Assembly: GCA_963665295.1 (NCBI GenBank)
Contig: OY762209.1
Location: 3,424,001-3,488,000 of the forward strand
DNA from: Syntrophorhabdaceae bacterium
GTDB lineage: Bacteria; Desulfobacterota; Syntrophorhabdia; Syntrophorhabdales; Syntrophorhabdaceae
DNA length: 64,000 bases
Direction of reading: 5' to 3'
Shown: positions 56,843 through 64,000 of the stretch, one piece after another
Layout of the letters: every line of letters begins with the position of its first letter
How positions within the stretch are numbered: position 1 is the stretch's first letter
The notes under the pieces: model-generated
The model's database searches: none
The model's input: the letters and a program-made list of their open reading frames with translations, nothing else
What the model was told of the DNA's origin: nothing
Translations under genes and position numbers: made by a program

Positions 56843-57718
56843 ATGATACATGATTTTACGTACCTTAAACCCGGCACGGTCCAGGAAGCCCTGGCCATGC
56901 TCTCCGATCACGTGGATGAGTGTAAGATTATCTGCGGCGGTCAGTCACTACTTATCGTCATGCGGCAGGGCCTCATCACGGTAGACTACCTGGTCGACAT
57001 CAAGGGGCTCAAAGAGTTGAGCTACATCAAGTATGACGACAAAGAAGGCCTCAAGATCGGCGCCACCACGATTCACAGAATGATCGAAAAATCGGCGCTC
57101 CTCAAAGAGAAGTATCCTATTCTTTCGAAAATGGAAGAAAGACTTGCGTCAACGGCTGTCCGTAACTGGGGAACCATCGGCGGCAACCTGGCACACGCCG
57201 ACGCAGCGGGCGACCCTGCACCGGTACTCATCAGTCTCAACGCCAAGATTAAAGTAGGCTCGAAGAAGGGTGAGAGAGTAATGGCACTCGAAGAGTTCTA
57301 CACCGACCTGTTTGAAACAGCCATGGAGCACGACGAGATGGTCCTCGAGGTTCAGGTTCCTCCTCTGCCTCCCAAGACCGCGTGTGCATACAAGAAGTTC
57401 AACCTCCTTCAGAACGACATGGGCGTAGTCGGCGTTGCAGCGAAGATAACGGTAGACGCGAGCGGCACCATCACGGATGCAGCGATCGTCCTTGGCAACT
57501 CCGGTGTAACCCCCATCCGGGCAAAGAGCGCGGAGCAGGCCTTGATCGGCAAGAAGCCGGATGAGGCAGCTTTTGCGGCAGCGGGCGAGGGCGCCGGCAG
57601 CGATGCGGACCCTGTGTCCGATATCCACGCCTCCGATGAATTCAGAAGACACCTGGTGAAAGTCCTGACAAAGCGTATGGCAAGGCAGGCCTGGGAACAG
57701 GCTGTTAAATTAGGGTGA
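56843..57718 (+). CDS. Xanthine-dehydrogenase-family FAD (medium, CoxM/CutM-like) subunit
   Basis: CGGQSLL, LKIGA, VRNWGTIGGNLAHAD, DIHASDEFRRHL. Confidence 0.93.
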   Translation: MIHDFTYLKPGTVQEALAMLSDHVDECKIICGGQSLLIVMRQGLITVDYLVDIKGLKELSYIKYDDKEGLKIGATTIHRMIEKSALLKEKYPILSKMEERLASTAVRNWGTIGGNLAHADAAGDPAPVLISLNAKIKVGSKKGERVMALEEFYTDLFETAMEHDEMVLEVQVPPLPPKTACAYKKFNLLQNDMGVVGVAAKITVDASGTITDAAIVLGNSGVTPIRAKSAEQALIGKKPDEAAFAAAGEGAGSDADPVSDIHASDEFRRHLVKVLTKRMARQAWEQAVKLG

Positions 57719-57734
57719 GGGAGGCTTATACGAT

Positions 57735-58220
57735 ATGGAAAAGAAAGAGATAAAACTTATAGTCAATAAAGTGGAGTACGAGCTTTACATAAACCCCAAA
57801 ACCCTTCTTGTCGAGGCCATCAGGGACCACATCGGCCTGACGGGAACGAAAAGGGGTTGTGAGACGGTATCGTGCGGCGCATGCACGGTGCTGGTAGACG
57901 GCGCTGCCGTGAAGGGATGTTCTATCCTTGCCATTCAGTGCCAGGGACTGCCTATCACCACGTCCGAAGGCCTCGAGACCGACGGCAAGCTGGCTCCCAT
58001 CCAGAAAGCCTTCCTCGACGAAGGTTCCTACCAGTGCGGCTTCTGTACATCGGGGATGCTTATGGCTACCTCGGGACTTCTGATCGAAAGCCCGAACCCC
58101 ACCGTTGAAGAGATTAAGGATTCTATAGAAGGGAATATCTGCCGCTGCACAGGTTACAACAGTATCGTTCGGGCTGTCGAGCGAGTGGCAAAAGGTATGT
58201 ACAAGGAGGAGTCACTATGA
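57735..58220 (+). CDS. Xanthine-dehydrogenase-family 2x[2Fe-2S] (small) subunit
   Basis: GTKRGCETVSCGACTVL, QCGFCTSG, GNICRCTGY. Confidence 0.95.
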   Translation: MEKKEIKLIVNKVEYELYINPKTLLVEAIRDHIGLTGTKRGCETVSCGACTVLVDGAAVKGCSILAIQCQGLPITTSEGLETDGKLAPIQKAFLDEGSYQCGFCTSGMLMATSGLLIESPNPTVEEIKDSIEGNICRCTGYNSIVRAVERVAKGMYKEESL

Positions 58221-60526
58221 CGACAACGAGTCTAGCGAAAGAAAAATTACATGTTATCAATACCCATGTGCACAATATCGATGGTATTGCGAAGGTAACA
58301 GGCCGCGCAACCTACAGTTTCGACGTGAAACTGCCCGGGATGCTGTATGGCAGAATCCTCCGCAGCCCCCATCCGCACGCGAGAATAATAAACATAGATG
58401 CGAGCAAAGCCCTGGCCATGAATGGCGTAAAAGCCGTAGTGACAGGAAAAGACACCCTTGGCGTAAAACAGGGTATCTGGAGACGTTTTAACGAGCTTTG
58501 CGACGAGCAGATCCTCCCCGTTGAGAAGGTCCGCTATATCGGCGAGCCGGTTGCAGCAGTCGCCGCAGTGACGGATGAGATCGCAGAGAAGGCCCTCGAC
58601 CTGATCGAAGTCGAGTACGAGGTTCTGGAAGGCGTATACGAGCCGTATGAGGCCATGAAGAAAGGCGCCCCCGAGCTTCACGAGGGCGTAGAAAGAAACA
58701 TCAACGTCACCCGTCACATTGAGTGGGGCGATGTGGAAGAAGGTTTTGAGAAAGCGGACTATATCAGGGAAGACCACTTCTTCTGCGGCGGCCAGGCACA
58801 TATGTGCATGGAGACCAGAGCGGCAGTAGCGAGCTACACCCCGGAAAAGAAGCTGACCATCTGGCATTCAAACCAGTCTGCGTATTATATGCAGGGCCTT
58901 ATGGCCGGCGTACTTGGTATGAGAGAAGGCGACATCCGCGTGATCGCACAGTACGTGGGCGGTGGGTTCGGTGGTAAGTTCGAGCTCGACGGCGCCATCT
59001 TCTGCTCGTCGATTCTCAGCATGAAGACCTTCAGGCCCGTAAAAGTAGTATTCACAAGGGAAGAGGACTTCATCGCATCAAAGCGCCGCACCCCGATGCA
59101 CTATTGGGTAAGAACAGGCGTATCGAAAGACGGTAAGTTCCTTGCTCGCGAGTCGAGGGTTGTCAGCAACGGCGGCGCCTATACAGGCATGGGCGCAACA
59201 GCGCTCTACCTTACGGGTTTCTTCCACTCTTTCCCCTACAGATGGGGTGGATACCGTTATGACGGCTACAGGGTTTATACAAACACCCTTCCGTCGACTT
59301 CAATGCGTGGATTCGGCGCTCCCCAGGCGCTCTTCTGCTCCGAGCAGCAGCTCGAGTGGATCGCCAAGGACCTCAAACTCGATCCTATCGAGATGAGGCG
59401 GCAGAACGGCCATTATGCCGGTTACGAAGTCCCGGGCCAGGCTTTTATCGCAAGCTGCGGTCTGGATGAAGCATTCACGATCATGCAGGAATGGATGGAC
59501 AAGAAGAAAGCAGGCGGACTTCCCCCGAACAGAGGCATCGGTTTCTCGGCTGCCGGTTTTATGTCGGGTGGTATCTTCAACTGGTTCGATACACCTTATT
59601 CATTCTCTTCAGCAGTAGTCACCATCAACCAGGATGCAACCGTAGAGCTTCACATCGGCGCAACTGAGATCGGCCAGGGCTCCAACACTACAATGGCCAT
59701 TATCGCTGCCGAGACTCTCGGAGTAAAGGTTGAGGACATAAAAGTACATTCAGGCGATACAGACCATTGCCCGGCTGACCTCGGCGCATGGGGTTCAAGA
59801 CAGACCCTTATGACCGGTAACGCCACGAAGAGGGCTTGTGAAGACGCCAAAGCACAGCTTCTCGAATTCGCCCTTGCGAAAATGGGTCTTAACATCGTAT
59901 ACGACCTTGACATCGCAGATCGCTGGGTACACATCGTAGCTCGTCCGGAAAGGGGTATGCCCTTCGAAGAACTGGTGAAGATCGCCCTCCGCGGTAAAGA
60001 CGGACAGAGAATCATCGGTAGAGGTTTCTATACTCCTCACAGAAAGGGCATGATCTCCCCCGCATACAGCTATATGCTGCAGGGCGTGGAGATTGACGTT
60101 GATCCCGAGACAGGCAAAATCGAACTCCTTGACAGCCTTACCGCACACGACTGCGGTCAGCCTATCAACCACCTGGGACTTATTGGTCAGCTCGAAGGCG
60201 CATTTTCGATGGCAGCCGGTTATGGCTACCTCGAGTACATGCCTTACGAAGACGGCAAGCTCATGAACCCGAACCTGGTGGACTACAAGATGATCAGGGC
60301 GACAGAAATGCCTCCCACCCCGATCGCCGAGATCGATACCTACGAGCCGGAAGGACCGTACGGTGCGAAGGAAGCAGGCGAAGGTCTGACGAACCCGACG
60401 GCAGCAGCCATCGGCAACGCCATTTTCAACGCCTTCGGCATTCAGATGAAAGAGTGCCCGATCAGGCCGCATATGATCGTTGAGGCGTTAAAAGAAAAGG
60501 AAGCAAAAGAGAAGGCAGGCAAGTAA
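58217..60526 (+). CDS. Xanthine-dehydrogenase-family molybdopterin (large) subunit, HcrA-like
   Basis: LRSPHPHA, VGGGFGGK, GGAY, SMRGFGAPQ, EIGQG, WGSR, GQLEG, GPYGAKEAGEG. Confidence 0.93.
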   Translation: MTTTSLAKEKLHVINTHVHNIDGIAKVTGRATYSFDVKLPGMLYGRILRSPHPHARIINIDASKALAMNGVKAVVTGKDTLGVKQGIWRRFNELCDEQILPVEKVRYIGEPVAAVAAVTDEIAEKALDLIEVEYEVLEGVYEPYEAMKKGAPELHEGVERNINVTRHIEWGDVEEGFEKADYIREDHFFCGGQAHMCMETRAAVASYTPEKKLTIWHSNQSAYYMQGLMAGVLGMREGDIRVIAQYVGGGFGGKFELDGAIFCSSILSMKTFRPVKVVFTREEDFIASKRRTPMHYWVRTGVSKDGKFLARESRVVSNGGAYTGMGATALYLTGFFHSFPYRWGGYRYDGYRVYTNTLPSTSMRGFGAPQALFCSEQQLEWIAKDLKLDPIEMRRQNGHYAGYEVPGQAFIASCGLDEAFTIMQEWMDKKKAGGLPPNRGIGFSAAGFMSGGIFNWFDTPYSFSSAVVTINQDATVELHIGATEIGQGSNTTMAIIAAETLGVKVEDIKVHSGDTDHCPADLGAWGSRQTLMTGNATKRACEDAKAQLLEFALAKMGLNIVYDLDIADRWVHIVARPERGMPFEELVKIALRGKDGQRIIGRGFYTPHRKGMISPAYSYMLQGVEIDVDPETGKIELLDSLTAHDCGQPINHLGLIGQLEGAFSMAAGYGYLEYMPYEDGKLMNPNLVDYKMIRATEMPPTPIAEIDTYEPEGPYGAKEAGEGLTNPTAAAIGNAIFNAFGIQMKECPIRPHMIVEALKEKEAKEKAGK

Positions 60527-60557
60527 GAAATTCAGCCAATTGTGAAGGAGGTAATCC

Positions 60558-60791
60558 ATGGCAGTAGAATTGAAATTTAAATGCCCCGTGTGCGGAAAAC
60601 AGTATGAAGTGAGCCTGCAGGCGGCTCGGCACATATTTGGAACCGGTGACAAGAAACACCGTGACTGGGTTGATTCACAGGGAGTAAACTTTAAGGATCT
60701 GCTTGTTGAGCAGGCCTTGAATCCCGGAAACGCGAGTTATCAGACCGTAGCCGAGCTTGTTGAAAAGGCGCAGGCTGGTCTTAAGAAGTAG
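60558..60791 (+). CDS. Small C2H2-like zinc-finger protein (77 aa)
   Basis: AAGGAGGT RBS; CPVC-x12-H-x8-H; located inside the operon. Confidence 0.8.
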   Translation: MAVELKFKCPVCGKQYEVSLQAARHIFGTGDKKHRDWVDSQGVNFKDLLVEQALNPGNASYQTVAELVEKAQAGLKK

Positions 60792-60815
60792 GATTCTTAA
60801 ATTTAGGAGGCGTCC

Positions 60816-61268
60816 ATGATTATTGAAGGTGGTTTTACGGTCAAGGCACCGATTCAGAAGCTGTTTGACTTCCTGATGAAGCCGGAGACCGTCATGATGT
60901 GCATACCAGGCACAGAGTCGGTGAAGATTATCGACGACACGAGCTTTGAGAGCGTGCTGAAACAGCGCGTGGGCATTATCTCGGTAAGGCTTAAGTTCGT
61001 AACGAAGACGGTAAAGGTCGAGGCACCGACCCACGCCGAGTTCGAAGGCGAAGGCGAAGACATGACGAAGCTCGGTCATTTCAAGCAGAAAACCGTGTTG
61101 AACCTTAAGGAAGTTGCACCGGGCGAAGTTGAGTTCACCTATGCGGTAGACGTTGCAATCGTAGGGAAACTTGCTATGTTCGGCGACAGGGTTATGAAAC
61201 AGAAAGCAAAAGACACGGAAAAGGCATTTACGAAGAATCTCCAGGAGAAGCTGGCGGCTTTAGGTTAG
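60816..61268 (+). CDS. CoxG/SRPBCC-family protein
   Basis: GFTVKAP...FL..PE...CIPG, VGIIS, IVGKLAMFG. Confidence 0.88.
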   Translation: MIIEGGFTVKAPIQKLFDFLMKPETVMMCIPGTESVKIIDDTSFESVLKQRVGIISVRLKFVTKTVKVEAPTHAEFEGEGEDMTKLGHFKQKTVLNLKEVAPGEVEFTYAVDVAIVGKLAMFGDRVMKQKAKDTEKAFTKNLQEKLAALG

Positions 61269-61298
61269 TAAGCCAGAATTCCGGATCAAGTTGCAAGG

Positions 61299-61332
61299 AG
61301 AGGGTCTCTCGAAAGAGAGACCCTCTTTGTTT
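61299..61332 (+). terminator. Rho-independent terminator of the Mo-enzyme operon
   Basis: AGAGGGTCTCTC-GAAA-GAGAGACCCTCT followed by TTGTTT. Confidence 0.85.
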
Positions 61333-61355
61333 AGGCGAGTGGGAAATCACGTCCC

Positions 61356-61648
61356 AAGTGTCCCCCAGCACGCACCGCGTGCGAGAAGGGGAGGCTCTAC
61401 CGGCTTCTGCCGGTGGAGGGGGCGACGCAAGCCCCAATAACAGTGCAAGCATAAGTCGAAGTGTCCCCCCAGCACGCACCGCGTGCGAGAAGGGGAGGCT
61501 CTACCGGCTTCTGCCGGTGGAGGGGGCGACGCAAGCCCCAATAACAGTGCAAGCATAAGTCGAAGTGTCCCCCCAGCACGCACCGCGTGCGAGAAGGGGA
61601 GGCTCTACCGGCTTCTGCCGGTGGAGGGGGCGACGCAAGCCCCAATAA
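61356..61648. repeat. Tandem array of a 103/104-bp palindrome-rich unit (about 2.8 copies)
   Basis: Copies start at 61356, 61459 and 61563 and are identical except for a C5/C6 run. Internal hairpins GCACGC-ACC-GCGTGC and CTACCGGC-TTCT-GCCGGTGG. Confidence 0.95.
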
Positions 61649-61786
61649 TTGGTTGAAAAGACCCAACCAGTTGTAAGATAATAGGTACTGCGCGCCGGTT
61701 AACCTTGAAACGAGGTATGTGCAGGAGAGCGGGAGTTACCTGCGGGGCAGTATCCGGAGGTTGGATGTGGGGGCAGAGGAGGGGAT

Positions 61787-63547
61787 ATGGCGTATGATGC
61801 GACGAAGATGGCGGACTGGGAGATCTCTGAAATTGCAGAAGGCAACATGAAATCCCTTTGGCAGCTTCAGGAGGAGCTTGGCCTGGAAAAAGACGAAGTC
61901 ATCCCCTACGGAAGGATAGGAAGGGTAAGTTTTCCCAGGATAATGGAAAGGTTTCGTGACCGGCCGGACGGGAAGTATATCGAGGTGACGGCCATTACAC
62001 CTACTCCGCTGGGGGAGGGTAAGACGACTACTTCGATAGGGCTTATCGAAGGTCTTGGTAAGAGAGGAAGGATTGCGGGAGGAGCTATCCGCCAGCCGTC
62101 GGGTGGACCGACCATGAATGTGAAGGGGAGCGCCGCAGGCGGGGGGAACGCACAGGCGATCCCGCTCACTGAGTTTTCACTCGGGCTTACAGGGGACATC
62201 AACAATATTATGAATGCCCATAACCTCGCTATGGTTGCCCTCACGTCGCGGATGCAGCACGAAAGAAACTATAATGATGACGAGCTTTCGCGCAGAAGGC
62301 TGCGCCGGCTCAATATCGATCCCAGCAACGTTCCCATGGGGTGGGTGGTCGATTTTTGCGCACAGGCCCTGAGAAGCATCGTGATAGGTCTTGGCGGGCG
62401 CATGAACGGGTTTACCATGCAGTCCCATTTCGATATAGCGGTCAGTTCGGAGGTAATGGCGATCCTTTCTATCGCGAGAGACCTGAAGGACCTGAGAGAA
62501 AAGATCGGCAAAATCACCGTTGCCTACGACACAAAGGGAAACGCCATCACCGCGGAGGATCTGGAGGTTGCCGGTGCGATGACGGCTTTCATGAGGGAAA
62601 GCATCAACCCCACCCTCCTTCAGACGATAGAGGGTCAGCCGTTGCTGGTTCATGCAGGTCCTTTCGCGAATATTGCCATCGGGCAGTCATCGATCATCGC
62701 AGACCGGGTTGGTCTCAAACTCTTCGACTATCATGTGACGGAGAGCGGATTCGCTGCTGATATCGGTTTTGAGAAGTTCTGGAACGTGAAATGCCGGATC
62801 AGTGGCCTCAAGCCGAATGTATCGGTCATTACCGCCACCATCCGCGCCTTGAAGATGCACGGAGGCGGGCCGAGAGTGACACCGGGGTTCCCTCTTTCCT
62901 CTGAGTACAGGGAAGAGAACCTCCCGCTTCTTGAAAAGGGCATTTCGAACCTTGTCCATCATATCCGCACCGTGAAATTGTCCGGGGCGCACCCGGTGGT
63001 CTGCGTCAACAGTTTCTCCACGGACACAAGAGACGAGGTTGCTCTGGTCAGGCGGTACGCCGAGGCGGAGGGGGCGCGGGTTGCAGTTTCGGAACATTGG
63101 CTGAGAGGAGGAGAAGGGGGATTGGAGCTTGCCGACGCGGTTATCGATGCGTGTGAGGAGGAATCCGACTTCCGCTTCCTGTACCCCCTGGAGATGCCCT
63201 TGAAGGAGAGGGTGGAACTGATCGCGAAAACCATTTATGGCGCCGATGGCGTCTTGTGGATTCCCGAAGCGGAGGAAAAGGTCGAGAGGTTGCAGGCGGA
63301 TCCGGAAAAGAGAGATTACTTTACCATGATGGTGAAAACCCATCTGAGTCTGACCCACGACCCGGAATTGAAAGGCGTGCCGAAGGGATGGAGGTTGCCT
63401 GTGAGGGACATCCTTGTATTCACGGGGGCGAAATTTCTGTGCCCTGTTACGGGTGCTATCAGCCTGATGCCCGGCACTGGCTCGGACCCCGCATTTAGGA
63501 GAATAGATGTGGATACGGAGACGGGTGGAGTTACGGGACTGTTTTAG
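61787..63547 (+). CDS. fhs: Formate--tetrahydrofolate ligase
   Basis: [62 protein letters not shown]. Confidence 0.97.
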   Translation: MAYDATKMADWEISEIAEGNMKSLWQLQEELGLEKDEVIPYGRIGRVSFPRIMERFRDRPDGKYIEVTAITPTPLGEGKTTTSIGLIEGLGKRGRIAGGAIRQPSGGPTMNVKGSAAGGGNAQAIPLTEFSLGLTGDINNIMNAHNLAMVALTSRMQHERNYNDDELSRRRLRRLNIDPSNVPMGWVVDFCAQALRSIVIGLGGRMNGFTMQSHFDIAVSSEVMAILSIARDLKDLREKIGKITVAYDTKGNAITAEDLEVAGAMTAFMRESINPTLLQTIEGQPLLVHAGPFANIAIGQSSIIADRVGLKLFDYHVTESGFAADIGFEKFWNVKCRISGLKPNVSVITATIRALKMHGGGPRVTPGFPLSSEYREENLPLLEKGISNLVHHIRTVKLSGAHPVVCVNSFSTDTRDEVALVRRYAEAEGARVAVSEHWLRGGEGGLELADAVIDACEEESDFRFLYPLEMPLKERVELIAKTIYGADGVLWIPEAEEKVERLQADPEKRDYFTMMVKTHLSLTHDPELKGVPKGWRLPVRDILVFTGAKFLCPVTGAISLMPGTGSDPAFRRIDVDTETGGVTGLF

Positions 63548-63650
63548 CCTCCGGGGTTGGTTAAGCTGCAAACCCGCGTGGTTTTTCGGTATGTTCATTT
63601 GTATGATTAACCCGGATATGTCCCGAAAGGGCAAAAGAAAGGAGCGATGA

Positions 63651-64000
63651 ATGGCAGCCAGGATAATAAGCGGTACAGAGATAGCAGCGGAGATAAGGGA
63701 AGAGATCAGAGACGAGGTGGCGCGGGTCAAAAAGGAACGTGGTATCGTGCCGGGACTGGTGACGATCCTTGTGGGCAGCAATCCTGCATCTTTAAGCTAT
63801 GTGGCGGGAAAGCAGAGGACTGCGAAAGATCTGGGTTTCTATTCCGTGCAGGAAGATATACCAGGCGATGCGGGCGAGAAGAGCCTTCTCGGATTGATCG
63901 CCAAATACAACGCGGACCCCGCAATCCACGGCATACTCGTTCAGTTGCCCGTACCCGCGCATATCAACGAGACGAAGGTGCTCTATGCGATAGATCCCGA
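63651..64000 (+). CDS. folD: Methylene-THF dehydrogenase/cyclohydrolase, 3'-truncated by the window edge
   Basis: Read by hand (absent from the ORF track): MAARIISGTEIAAEIREEIRDEV...VPGLVTILVGSNPASLSYVAGK...NADPAIHGILVQLP. AAGGAG RBS. Confidence 0.95.
   Translation, partial: MAARIISGTEIAAEIREEIRDEVARVKKERGIVPGLVTILVGSNPASLSYVAGKQRTAKDLGFYSVQEDIPGDAGEKSLLGLIAKYNADPAIHGILVQLPVPAHINETKVLYAIDP

Noticed and set aside
56843..61268. Aerobic CO dehydrogenase (coxMSL, coxG)
   Set aside because: The large subunit has SMRGFG rather than AYxCSFR or AYRGAGR.
61356..61648. CRISPR array
   Set aside because: Units are ~104 bp, the intervening linkers are identical rather than unique spacers, and the window has no cas genes.
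61228..61666. Short ORFs with repeated peptides (..LLGLASPPPPAEAGRAS..)
   Set aside because: They are translations of the DNA repeat, with no RBS support.
1..64000. tRNA, rRNA, SRP, tmRNA or 6S RNA genes
   Set aside because: No diagnostic sequence motifs were recognised by eye in the intergenic regions; a tRNAscan/Infernal run is needed to exclude them formally.

Overview
64 kb of chromosome from an anaerobic bacterium. The gene content and style suggest a Desulfobacterota/Syntrophorhabdus-like aromatic or fatty-acid degrader; this is inference, not a database result. Layout: (1-20 kb) two paralogous TRAP transporter + acyl-CoA ligase modules bracket a divergent TetR gene and a ten-gene soluble redox operon (HdrD-like, etfBA, three different HdrA-like proteins including one with an inserted GltD/NfnB-type domain, mvhD, FdhB-like, hdrC, hdrB). 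(20-22 kb) a complete IS1634-type element with 12-bp IRs and a 6-bp target duplication. (22-46 kb) mostly housekeeping genes (ADP-forming acyl-CoA ligase, fabH, pckG, carAB, mnmG, PAS hybrid kinase, CCA-type nucleotidyltransferase), plus a deletion scar upstream of an atypical ArsA/Get3 ATPase. (46-61 kb) a catabolic island: DUF362 + membrane Fe-S protein, an old-yellow-enzyme with aryl-CoA-reductase-like features coupled to a ferredoxin, MarR, a GlcD/F/E-like trio, and a xanthine-oxidase-family Mo enzyme with two small Cys/His proteins and CoxG. (61-64 kb) a 103/104-bp tandem palindromic repeat, fhs and the start of folD. No rRNA, tRNA or CRISPR was recognised. The best candidates for something new are the OYE/ferredoxin plus Mo-hydroxylase island and the ETF-linked triple-HdrA operon. 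All protein calls come from motif recognition by eye.
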